Shown piece by piece: positions 12,876 to 24,880 of a stretch of 63,713 bases of DNA. Under the pieces are notes generated by a model that saw nothing but the letters and a program-made list of their open reading frames with translations, did not search any database and had not been told where the DNA came from. The DNA is from Lama glama (lineage: Eukaryota). The stretch covers positions 6,388,288 to 6,452,000 of the forward strand of contig CM052817.1 in NCBI GenBank assembly GCA_028534125.1, read 5' to 3'. How positions within the stretch are numbered: position 1 is the first letter of the stretch; the number at the start of each line of letters is the position of its first letter. A program made the translations under genes and the position numbers.

Positions 12876-14474
12876 TGCAGCCTGGGGACACGCAAAGAAG
12901 GTTGCGCTAGGTTTGAGAAGAGAAGAGCTGGGAGGGGTTTATCATGTGAGAATAGACAGAGGGAACAGCATTTACAAATAAAAATGTTCAACCGAGCACA
13001 CCTGAGCCTGGGTGAGTCTGACAGTGTGGGAGCACTCCCTGTGTGAGCTGGGAAGTCCCTGAACCCCAGGACCTAGAGGGTTATGCCTCTCTTAGGAGAG
13101 AGTGTAAACTCTTCTGAGGATAATGGCGAGCTACAGTGGGTTGTGAGCAAGTGAGTACTTTGCATATTAAGATCATTTTCTCTTAAGTAGCAAGAAGAAG
13201 TCAGCATGGGAAAAATGGAGTTAGGAAGATGTTCTAGAAGACTATATGAGAATCTAAGGTTTTGATTTGACCGACCTGTTTTTTGAGGAAGTTTTCACAG
13301 GTCTCTGGCAAAATGAGAAGGATAAAGACAATGCAGAATGCATCTGATTTAATGAAATCCAACGTGTTCAGTTGAAAAGAACACATTTTGAAATTGTTAT
13401 TTTACATGTTTTTCCAACATTAAATGTATCATTCATTTTACAAAATGTTGGTTGATAGTAGATGGTATGCTTTTAAAATATTTTTATTTGGCAAAATAAA
13501 ATGCCAGTCCCATGTCACTAGTGACCTATACAAGGTAATAATCTTTACAATTTGAGGGGAATTTTTACATACGTGTTAAATCACTCAGTTTATTATCCCC
13601 TCTGATCTAAGGAAGAGTTGATACATTTCTGAATTGAGGAATTGGCAGCAGGGTTGCAAATAAGAGGATGGGTTTGAGTGGTGTTTAGGACATACAATGA
13701 ACTGTCAGTGGCTGACTCTGTAACAGGGGGCAGGCAGCACACTTGCACTTTAATTATCTGGATTCTTCAAGTGCAGGTATGAGTTTTTATCCTAGTCCAG
13801 GTAATGCAAATAATATCCTCATGTACCCTTTCTTATTTTCACATGTAAATATTTCCCACGTTGACACTACATGTTTTTTCCTTGTTGAATATAAATATCT
13901 CCATCTCTTGGATGAATAAGCAAAAACGTGATGTGTGAATCCATGCTTATACGGATAATCTGGCACCCTATATTCCAGGAACAAGACACATTCCTTTTTT
14001 ATATAATAGCATGCCTGCCATTTGATGTATATTGATTTATGTAAGCACTTGGGAAAGCAGAGTTTAGTTTACATTTTTAAATAATTTCTTCACTCCGTAA
14101 AGAAAGGCTTGTTCAAAGATATGTGGCCCAAGGGCCAATATTCATCTTTCAGATTTCAGTTTTAGTCAGCAGAGAGAAAGGTTGCAGCTGTTAACTCATC
14201 AGTTCTTATGAGCTCTTTATTGGGATCTTGAAGTTTTATTGGTGCAAATAGGCAAGTCTCTGCTCATGGTGCCCCTCTGCCCACCCGCCCATCCCCCGCT
14301 ATCTACTCTACCCATCTGCAATTTCTTTGTTAAGGCAAAGAAGACATCATACTCATTGAACTGTCATTATTGTGATTAACTGGAAGACCCGTTTTGACAT
14401 GAATTAATCCTCCATCTGAGAATCTCTCCTCACTTGTCGATCATCTTTGGGAGTGGGATGCAGATGCCCGGTGT

Positions 14475-14812
14475 TTTGTTTTTTCTTTTTTTGAAGTATA
14501 TCTGATTTATAATATATTAGTTCCAGGTGCACAACATGGTGATTCAATATTCTTATAGATTATACTCCATTTAAAGGTATATAAAATATTGGCCATATCC
14601 CCTGTGCTGTATAATACATCCTTGTAGCTTGTTTATTTTATACATAGTAGTTTGTATGTATTAATATCACATCTAAATCTTGCCCCTCTTCCCACCGCTC
14701 TCCCCACTGGTGATTACTAGTTTGTTTTCTGTATCTGTGTGTCTTTCTGTTCTGTTATATTCATGTGTTTATTTTTTAGATTCCAACCGTAAGGGGTAAC
14801 ATATAATATTTT
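14475..14812 (-). mobile_element. LINE-1 3' UTR fragment
   Basis: T-rich tail, then ttgaagtatatctgatttataat...tattagttccaggtgcacaacatggtgattca...cccctgtgctgta...ttttagattcca. Confidence 0.88.
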
Positions 14813-15685
14813 GTTTTGTTTTTCTTGATTAGCAGAGTACAGGCAGGTGAAACTTATAACTCATTGTCTTGAAGACTCTTACCCAGAAGGTCCCTGCAAA
14901 AAATGTAAGGCAATTCAGAGACTGTTAAAAAAAAATACTTAGAGGGACATTTATTTCTTCCAAGTCAAATGGGTAGAACAAGAACTGAGCAGTTCTAGTG
15001 ACCAAAATGATGGAAAAGTAAACCCCAGTTCATGTTTGGGCTAACACTTGCGGGCCAGGGCAGAAAGTAAGGGCCATGGCCAGAGACTATGGACACACCC
15101 TTGAGGGAGAAGGTAAGTACTGAGAGGGAGACCGAGCAGTTAAACGAGATAAAGTCCCAATTAGAAAACAGACTCCATGAACTGTGGAGTGTAGCAACAG
15201 TCACACTGTGGTTGGCCATCAGTGTGACCTCGGATGAAGAAGTGGAGTGGACCAGAGTCACCTGAGCCTGGAGACCAGGAAGAATCCTGCTTCAAAGGTC
15301 CAGGATTCCGGAAATTCTGTCATCAGCAAAAGGAACAAAAGGTGTGAGATGGAGGTTAGGGGAGTGATCTGAAGTCATGTGGGCCAGCCATCAGGGACTC
15401 TAGGGTAAGAGAACTGGAGGTACAAGATCAGTTTCCAAAATGAGTGTCTGGACCCACTCCAACCTCTTCAACTGGGTTCCCCAGCAGAGGTGCTATGAAA
15501 TGACATCTGCTCCTGCCCACTGGTGCCCCAGGGCACCTCTGTGGGGACCTTCACCCCAAGTCACTCCCACTTGGTGTCACTGATTGGATCTTTCATTTCA
15601 GAACCATTCTCAGTTTTCTGGCTCTTTTGATTGATTCTTTCCAACCATATTTTATCTGCTTTCTCTCCCACCACTACCTTCTGCC

Positions 15686-15835
15686 ACTAGACTCCATGAG
15701 TTCCATGAGTCCAAGGATCACGTCTACATTTTTCACTGTTATATTTCCCCCCAGTGTCTGGTGTGGTACTTAGCAGAGTACTCAGTACATAGTAATAGTT
15801 AAGTAATATTTATTGCTGGATGAATGAGTGAATAA
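15686..15835 (+). mobile_element. L2 3' end
   Basis: actagactccatgagttccatgag...ttcactgtt...cagtgtctgg...tatttattgctggatgaatgagtgaat. Confidence 0.7.
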
Positions 15836-16559
15836 TTATGTATTTTGACATTATTCTTTATGCTAGTTTTCATATCCCTGCTAGAGCAGAAAAGGATATC
15901 ACTTTTGCTGCCCCTTTACTTGGCACCACAGTAGCCTTCATTCTTTATATCAGAATATCCCACCTGGGACGGCAGTTTAGACACAGGCCCAAGATGGCAG
16001 TGAGCAAGATAGGAGTCATATGAATAGATCAGAGATCCAAGGAACAAAACAAAAATCCACGTCCTAAAAGGAGGCCCAGGACAATAGCTGGACCACAAAC
16101 AAGCCAACTGGATTCTACCTTTGGGCCAGAATATCCTAAATCTCTCCATGTTTGAGGAAGGTCCAAGGATCATAGTGAGACTGATGTCTTTGACGGATAC
16201 TAATGGACTCCAGCTCTGGGAAAAGGAGCAAGTAAGGTAGACGATATTTACCACTGAATTCTGCTACAGTTTGGCTAGCCATACTCTGGCAACTGGAGAA
16301 GAGTATGAATGAAAGAACATGACTGCTATATTCTCCATTATACAGCCACCCATCCTCTCCCCTCACAGCTCCATACATCTAGGGACTGTCAACATAATGA
16401 TAAAACTAGACTTGAAATTCCAGTGCTGCTACATTGAATGAGTCAAGTCCAGAAGCATTTACTGGACACTTCCCAAGTTCAAGTGCATAATTCTGGCCTC
16501 AATAATGGTTAGAGATATTCTTTCCCACATTGACCCAATGGGTTACCAATCCAGGGAAC

Positions 16560-17150
16560 TCTTGAAAATGCAAATCTGACTACATCACCCCCTCTTCGTA
16601 TTCTTGGAGTGACTTACCATCAGCTTCACCATGAAGTACTAACACCTGACAAGAGCAGACCTTGGGCATTGTTTCCCTCTAGGACCTCATTTCCTAGAAC
16701 ACCTCTCTTTCATGGTGCACTAGCCTTCTGTCCTCTAAGGGCATTGCATCTGCTGTGGCTTTAGTCTAGGATCATCTTGCATCAAATCTTAGCATGAATG
16801 GTCCAGACTCATAACTCAGGCCTCAACTCCAATGTCACCTCTGCAGAGAGGCCTTCTCTATTTTATCAGTTGTATCCCTCACACATTGTTATGCCCCACC
16901 TAAGCACCTAGTTTCCATTGCCTCCAAGTCAGCTATCACTAGATAAAATTATTGCATAGTAGCACTTATTTACTTTATAATTTGCTATCACTCAAAAATG
17001 TAAGCACCAAGGCAATGGGAATCTTGAGGGCTTCTTCCTTTCTCTGTCTCCGTCACTTAAAAGAGGGCTTGGCAAAAGGTAAACAACTAATAAATGCATC
17101 TTGAACAGATAAACAAACAAATGAGTGAATGAATGAATGAACAAATGACT
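16560..17150 (+). mobile_element. L2 LINE 3' region
   Basis: aaaatgcaaatctgactacatcac...tcaactccaatgtcacctctgcagagaggccttctct...aatgtaagcacc...gaatgaatgaatga tail. Confidence 0.8.
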
Positions 17151-17714
17151 CAAGTTGGAATGGCAGTAGCCACATACTGGAGGCAAGCCCTTGGAGACAA
17201 AAATTAAAAGAAAGTGGAAGACTCGGCACTGTTCAAACCCAGATCTCCAAATTCAGAACCTGTGCTCCTTCTTTGCCGCCATTCAACCCAGACCCTGCTG
17301 TTCTCCAGGTGTACAGATCCAGATACCACAGACGGGGTCCACACTATCTGTAGTCTTCCTTCCGTAACCCCAGTCTGCTGAAATCATGCTTGTTCGTGAG
17401 AAGCACACATACCCAGTACTTCTAGCTGCGAATACGTTTTTCTCTCCTTGATATCCTTTACAACTCTCTTATTTACCACCTCCTCCATGAAGTCTTCCAG
17501 GACTCCTAATCATTCCATCTCTTTCTCTGGGTTTCATCAATATACCGTATTTACACATATCTCTGCCCTCAAAAAATTCTGTATTTTAAATATTTATAAG
17601 CCTGTTAGTCTCCTGCTTTTATATGGTGAGTTCCTTGCTGTCAGGGACTGTGTATAATTCACCTAGAGACACTGCGTGCACAGTGATTTGTTAAACACAT
17701 TGTCTCTAGAAATC

Positions 17715-17895
17715 TAGGTTCGAGTCTTGACTAGCTAGGTGACTTTGGGCAGGATACTTAACTCTTTGAAATTTAATTTCCTCATTTATAAATTGGGGAT
17801 GGAAACAGTATCAATATCACAGTTCCGTGTTTTATATAAATTATTTAACACAGGATCTGGCACATAGTAACATTGTATCAGTGCCAGGTATCTTT
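17715..17895 (+). mobile_element. MIR SINE
   Basis: ggttcgagtc...actagctaggtgactttgggcaggatacttaactct...tttcctcatttataaattggggat...tctggcacatagtaa. Confidence 0.8.
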
Positions 17896-18011
17896 ACCTT
17901 TTTATTCCTAATGACTTGAATGATGCTTGGCACTGAAGTGCTCACTACATAGCTAAACGTAATTGGGGAAGCAGGAGAAAAATAAAACACAAAGCAGTCA
18001 GAAAAGGCCAC

Positions 18012-18425
18012 ATTAGTTTCTTAGGGCTGCCACTACCAAGTGTCACACACAGGGTGGCTTTCAACAACAAACAAGTATTGCCTCGCAGTTATAGAGAATA
18101 GACGTTCAAAATCAAGGTGTCAGCAGGGCTGTGCTCTGAGACTCTGTCCTTCCTTGTCTCCTCCCAGCTTCTGGAGTTTCCCAGAAATCCTTGCTACCCC
18201 TTATCTTATGGCTGCATCGTTCCAGTCTCTGCCTTCATCCTCATACGGCCTTCTTCCCAACATCTGTGTCAGTGACTGTCTCCAAATTTCCATCTTCTCA
18301 TAAGGAGAGCAGTCATTCTGGATGAAGGCCCACTCTATTCCAGTGGTGTAACCTCGTCTTAACTACATCTGCAGTGAAGTAGGGTTGGGCCTTCAGCATA
18401 ATTTTTAGGGGGATGGTTCAAACCT
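18012..18425 (-). mobile_element. MaLR solo LTR (MLT1C-like)
   Basis: attagtttcttagggctgcc...gggtggcttt...aaatcaaggtgtcagcagggctgtgctc...cagcttctgg...tccagtctctgccttc...ataagga...cagtcattctggat...ggcccactct. Confidence 0.85.
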
Positions 18426-19335
18426 TAGCAAACGCTCTCGCTTGGATAGCACCTTGTGAGGTACATATTCGTACCCAACAATCTGTTGTTTTGTGTAATT
18501 CTCCCAACTAACCTTTGAGCTAGGCAATCTCCCCAGTTTACAAAGAAGAAAACACAGAAATAAAGAGCCCTCTTGGGGATCGAAGCTACTAAACAACATA
18601 GAAGGTGCAAACTCCTGCTTCCTCAGCTTGCCTTCTAGACATCCCATTCTCCCACTGTGCCTCTTAACCAGGTCAGAAATACATGCAGAAAAAAATATAT
18701 ATGGAGAGAGAACTTGAATTCTGCATCAGGTACCACACTGCCTGCTGTGGGGCCTTCAAGGAATGAGGTACATACTTCAGTGCTGGCTTTTGTGAATGAT
18801 GACAGTTCTGTTGAGTCAGACACGATTCCGGGGTCAGAGAGAAGCCAGCCACTGCATGTGGGTGTGGGAACTTTACACGGTGGCAAGAGAGAGCATGCAA
18901 GAGCCTGGGGCTGAGGTCCCCTCCCTTTCCTTCCCTTCTGTTTATCCTTCTCCCTTTCCCTTTCCTTTCCTTCTCTCTCACTCACCTCACTCTTGCTTTC
19001 CCTCTGCCCGTCCCTCTCACACCTTCTCCTTGCATTTTCCCTTCTAAGTACACATTTGGGAACTATCACTCTATATTCAATGTCTAATTATTTTCAATAC
19101 ATATGCCGTGAGAAACTACCATCTTGATAGTTTTCCAGGAAGTTCCATCCATTCTTCCCAAATTTAATTGGAGCTACACTCATAACCAGCGATGTTCTTA
19201 TTTTATAGATAAAGAAACATACTCAAAGGATTACTTGAGTTGCCTAAGTCAATGCAGCTAGCTCAATGATTTGCAACATTCCTAGCAAACCAAGTTCTCC
19301 ATCCCTCTCACTCCACTGTTGCTGGTAAGAAGAGA

Positions 19336-20347
19336 CTGTTAGCGATTTGACACCAAAGTTAAAGGAAACAAAAGCAAAAATAAACAAGTGGTACTACACC
19401 AAACTTAAAAGCATCTGCACAACACAGAAAACTATCTACAAAATAAAAAGGCGACCTTTGGAATGGGAGAACATATTTGCAAACTACATATCTGATAAGG
19501 AGTTAATATCCAAATTGTAGGAAGAACTCATATAACTCAATAGCAAAAAAATAAAGAAAGAAAGAAAAAGAAAAAGAAACAATCTGGTTCAAAAATGGTC
19601 AGAGGGCCTGAATAGACATTTTTACAAAGAAGACATGCAGATAGTCAGCAGGTACATGAGAAGATGCTATTGCTAATTACTTAGGAAATGCAAATCAACA
19701 CCACAATGAGATATCATCTCACACCTTTTAGGATGATTGTCATAAAAGGACAAGAGATTACAAAGTTGGAGGGAATGTGGAGAAAAGGAAACCTTTGTGC
19801 ATCGTTGGTGGGAGTGTAAATTGCAGCCACAATGAAAAACGGTGTAGAGATTCTGCAAAAAATTAAAAATTGAACTACTATATGATTCATTGATATCACT
19901 TCTGGGTATGTATCCAAAGGAAATGAAAACACGATATTAAAGAGGTATCTGCACTCCTGTGTTCACTGGAGCATGATTCACAAGAGCCGAGATAATGGAA
20001 ACAATCTAAGTGCTCATCGTAGATGAATGGGTAAAGAAAATACTATATATATATGAAATCCTATCATTTGTAACAACATAGATGGACTTTGAGTGAAATA
20101 AGTCAGACAGAAAGACAAATACTGTATGGTATCACTTACATGTGGAGCCAAAAAAATCAATCAAACTGACAGAAATAGAAAGTAAAAAAGTGGTTACCTG
20201 GGGCTGGGGCATGGGGGAAATAGGGAAATGTTGATAAAAAGGTTCTAACGTCAGCTATAAGGTGAAAAAGTTCTAAAGATTTAATGCAAAACATGGTGAT
20301 TATAGTTGATAGCACTGCATTTAAAATACAAAAACAAAAACAAAAAA
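19336..20347 (+). mobile_element. 5'-truncated LINE-1 (L1MA-like; ORF2 3' part plus 3' UTR)
   Basis: gatttgacaccaaag...aaaagcaaaaataaacaagtgg...gaatgggagaacatatttgcaaac...aatgcaaatcaacaccacaatgagatatcatctcacacc; (CAAAAA)n tail; possible imperfect TSD aagagactg/aacagactg. Confidence 0.93.
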
Positions 20348-22424
20348 CAGACTGACACCATGAGTCACAAGGCTACACAATACAACTTTTAGCATCTTTC
20401 CTGAGATTATTTCCTTTCAAGAAATGCAAGAACTTTAGAGAAATATGGAGTTATCTCAATATCTTCTCCCTCTAACCGCTAAGTCATGAGGATAAATTCT
20501 TAGTAGTTAAATGTGGATGTGGATTCACTAAGAGCAAATGGCAGCACGTGGAAGTTGGTCTTAAAGGAATTGACTCAACAGACCTTCCTGACTCCTCATT
20601 TGGGATGACAATCTCTCTTGGTTACTCAACAGGAACACCGGTCTCACAGCCAACCAGGGAAAGCCAAATGCTGCATTGTTTTCTCCAGGAGTGAAAAAGT
20701 AGCTCGCCAACCGTCTCTAGTCTTTAGCGATTTTGTTTCACAGGGAACAAAGCTGCTTAAAACTGTGGAAACTGACTGGAAACAGTGTAAGGAAGAATGA
20801 ATATTTTCTGTGAAATAAAAAGACATATCTTTTGCTATTAACATGAGTACACTAAAAGCATTTCTTTTTTTCCCTACTGTGTTGGAAATTTATTGAATAC
20901 GACCTATTGTAGTGGACAGAGAATCAGCCTTACTTCATTTCTTGAGGACGATGCCATTATCTTTCCTATTTTAGAGTGTTTCAATGGTTCTTCAATATTT
21001 AAAATGATGTATAATCAGCTGTGAAGTCAATTATAGACTCTCAAGATATAACAAACAAAAAATGCTGGGAATATTCATCATTTTAAGTATCTATATGATA
21101 CAATTTATTACAGGGTGTACCATTGCTTTTCAGCTTTTCATTTTTGCTATCAGAATGAAGGTTAGCCTTAAGCATAATTCTGGCTTGATGTGTTAGTTTA
21201 TCATGAAGAATTATTATTTTATTTTTAGTGTGATTTAGCATCAGGATAATCTTATTGAATCTATTCTTTTAAGCCAATTGTATTTTATTTGGGGGATTTT
21301 ATTTTGTCCCTTTATTTTGCTCAGGAATATACTTTTTTAGGCACAGGGCTCTATAAAATGTAGAAAGTGTAATATAATCACAACAAATTCTTTGAATACA
21401 CACAACCAAGAGATATGGAAAAGAACAGACAAGACCATCGGGCTGGTTGTGTTTCTAAAATTTTAGATCTGGAAGCAACTTGAGACTTACTCAGTTTGAA
21501 GCTATAGTTTTGCCAATGAGGTAACAAACAGGCTCAGATTAAGTAAGATTCTTTGGGTCACATGGCTTGTCAGTGGCCATGCAGGTCATTCAAGACCTGG
21601 ACCCATCCAGATAACCTCAATGGTCCAAATATGCTCTTCTGATAAATAATACACCCCTGGAGCTGTGGGCTTTCTGCCTCTGCTCATAAGCTCTTCAGTC
21701 AGTTCATTCACTGAATCCAACCCTGACTGTTGGAGTTCTTCCTTAAGATGATCCAATTCTCATATCATGTAAACCACCCACTGGTCCAAGTTATGGCCTC
21801 TGAAGAAACCCAGAGAGTTTCATCCACCTACCCCATTGACACTGTTCTCATATTTAAAGAGAGATTTCCTGTCCCATGTGTTCAAAAGAACTACTTATTT
21901 ACCACTCCTGTGATGATCCTCAGCAGGAATTGACTCAAAGTCATCAAAAGTGGGTAACAATAATACCCCGTTATTTCAGTCTTGCCTTCTCTTTTGGACC
22001 TGCCAGGTTCAGAACAGATATGTTCTAATCTTTTCTCATCCAGAAAAGTTAAATTAAATTAAATTAAATTAAAAAAAATCATATTCCTGTAAGTCAAAGC
22101 CTGAGTTTCCACAGGCTGCCTGTTACTGGGGAGAAGGTGGGAAGGGCAGAGGGGAGTAATTGTGGAATTCAGTGCTGTGATGCTAAGGGTTCTAAAACAC
22201 CTTTTCCATGTCCTCCAACCAATTTTGGTTTATTTGAGCCACCACGGCTCCAGAGAGTTCTCTGCCTGATTCATATGAACATCTCATAGAATTTCCAGTA
22301 ATTTAACAAATCCATCAGTTAGAGATGGAATGGTCAGAGTTTCAAGACCAAAAAAGCATGGAATATACAAGCATGAGGCTCTGGACAGTCACCGCTTACA
22401 GCATCTCAATAAAGGATGGGGCTA

Positions 22425-22590
22425 AAAACTACCATTTATGGAACCCTTCATAAATGATCTCTTGGTCTTCACAGCAACCTACATTTGGAGAATAAATAGG
22501 CTGAAAGAGCTTAAATAACTCACAGGAGATAAAATACAGCAGAATCGTGATTCTTGGGAGTTTCTGATGCCAGATCTTATGTTTTTATGA
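22425..22590 (-). mobile_element. MIR SINE (degenerate)
   Basis: actaccatttatggaac...tcttcacagcaacct...ggctgaaagagcttaaataact. Confidence 0.55.
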
Positions 22591-22784
22591 CTACAGGAAG
22601 GAAATAGCAAATAAATTGAGCCCTAACTGGGGGAAGAGAATATGGTCAATGGCAGGTGGACTTCCAAGAGGAGCTCATGAAGAAGCAAAGGGCAGCAGAA
22701 GAGGTTACTAGGCTAGCATCTAAGGCAGATACTAAGATGATTTTCCCCAGGCTCAGCTCAGGTTTTCAGCAGAGCATCATGGGC

Positions 22785-22955
22785 AGGGATGTGGATTCCA
22801 AGATCGAGTTTCTCTGGATCCCTAGCTTGGGTCCATTTTCTTTTGGATGAAGAATCTTGAATAAGTCTTTTCACTTTTCTGTGCCTTGGGGTCCTCACCT
22901 GTGAAAAGAGGGCATAAAATTGTCATGTTTGATGAAATAATGTAAGTAAAATAAG
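22785..22955 (+). mobile_element. MIR SINE
   Basis: tggatccctagct...cttgaataagtc...cacttttctgtgccttggggtcctcacctgtgaaa. Confidence 0.65.
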
Positions 22956-23129
22956 TAGCTAGTACAACGTAGGTTGGAGACAAATGTTAGTGTTTCGTTT
23001 GTTTGTTTGTTTTTTACTTACTAGTGCTTTACTCTCCAAGGCATAAAATAAACTACTTTTTCTTCCCTTTATTTCTCCTTCTGTCTCAGAACATCTACCT
23101 TCTTTTCTCCCTTCATTTCTTCCTCTAAT

Positions 23130-23610
23130 TGCTAAGTACCTGTTATGTTCCATGCTTGCATAGACACTGGAGATGCAGATATTGATATATAAAACAGTCC
23201 CACGGCTTAAGATATGCACAGTCCAGGTGGGTGGGAGGGAGGGAGATCAGCAAAAAAAAAAAAAAAAAAAGAAATGACTACAGTTTGTAGTAAGTTTCAA
23301 ATAGAGGTTTTAGTGGTAAGAAAGTGTTCAATTTAGTTTAGAAACATCAGGGAAGCTTTCAAAGGGAAAAAAATCCCTAAAACTCTTGAGTTGGTTTTGA
23401 AAGAATGAATAGGAGTTTTCCATGTAGACAAAGGAGTTTGCAGCAAAGATAGAGTTTGTTCCAAGTCATGAAATCTTAGTGCAACACAGCAGGTTTCAGC
23501 AGATTTGAGAGAGTAGATAAAGTTGGGCCCAAGGTAAGAGTTACGTGTTGCTGTGGGAGATGAAGTAAGACTCCAGGTTGTGCTAAGCCTAGCACGTGTT
23601 ATAAGGTAAT
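23130..23610 (-). mobile_element. L2 LINE fragment
   Basis: taagtacctgttatgttcca...tagacactggagatgcag...catcagggaagctttc...cttgagttggttttgaaagaatgaataggagttttcca. Confidence 0.75.
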
Positions 23611-23982
23611 GATAGACATTAACACTCCTCCACCTCACTTCTATGGGTCTGCATAGGCTCATGAGCTTACATGCCTAGCAATAGGGTTGTTTTAGTAGAA
23701 AATACACACACACATACGCACACACGTGCACGCACAAGCGCACCCAAAGTCAATACTCAGCTGTGATTTTCCAAATAGCCTTTTGATGAAAACCATGGCA
23801 GACATAACATTCTGGAAGTCAAGGTTTTATTTCCAAGAAATTCTTACAATTTGGGGGTTTCATAAATACTGAAAGACTCAGGACATAAAATATGCATTTC
23901 ATCTAATAGACTGAAGAACACTCGATGAAAAAGAGTTATTTTCCTCACTCTAAATTTAATAAAGCTCCCATTGGTGGGAGAA

Positions 23983-24020
23983 GAAGAAAATGTATGAAGG
24001 TGAAGAAAATGTATGAAGGT
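23983..24020. repeat. Perfect 19-bp tandem duplication (gaagaaaatgtatgaaggt)x2
   Basis: 23983-24001 is identical to 24002-24020. Confidence 0.95.
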
Positions 24021-24659
24021 AAACAAAAGCTTAAACATGGGTTCCTAAAAGAAACCTGAGCCCAAATTCTTCTCTTTTGATCCATGGGAAGGGCAAGACG
24101 GCAGATCTGCAAAATACAGACTATATGGACAGATTTAAGGACCTCATGATCTAAAACCACATGATTCATTGTTCTGAACACAATTAGTGGCAGGATTGGT
24201 TGCAAATCTTGCGAGATTTCCTTGCAGTGACTGACAAAGGTATGTATAGTCAATAATGTTGTGTAGCATGTGCAGTAAAAGAGGGTCTGAGCTGGGCGAT
24301 TGAATGCTCTCAAGAGGTTAGAGGACAGAATGTTCAAGTGTCCCATGTCCTAGGGAAGGGTGCAGATGTTAGCAAGTTGGATGAGTGCCCTCAGGATAAG
24401 GAGAGGAGGATTAAGAAAAAACTCCATGGACCAATGAGTGAGGACCAGGAAGGGCATAAATAAAATTAGCAGATAGAAAAGTGAATAGATGTCAGCAAGG
24501 AAGGACCATAAGCCCCTGTACTTATGTGATTGGCATGGCTCAATGCCCTGACCCAAAGACATGATAAAGAGCAGATGAAAACCCTCATCTTGGCTGAGAA
24601 AAGTCTAAAATGCTTGGGTTTTTCCTGAATTGATTAAGATGAAGTTTTCCTTGCTAAAT

Positions 24660-24880
24660 TAAATTAGATTCACTTATTAACAATAATCTGAAGTATATTT
24701 TGTTCACTGTCTCCTCCTACATCACTGAAGATGTAGGAGTAACAGCAGAGGACTATCTGCAGCAACAGTGCAAAGGAAAACCTGAAGGAGGAGACATGAT
24801 AGACAGTGTCTGGATGGATGAGCGGATGAATAAATAGATGGATAGGTGACTGTGTGGATGGATGGATAAATGGATGGAGA
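24660..24880 (+). mobile_element. L2 3' end with (TGGA)n tail
   Basis: ttttgttcactgtctcctcc...; tggatggatgagcggatgaataaatagatggataggt...ggatggatggataaatggatgga. Confidence 0.5.
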
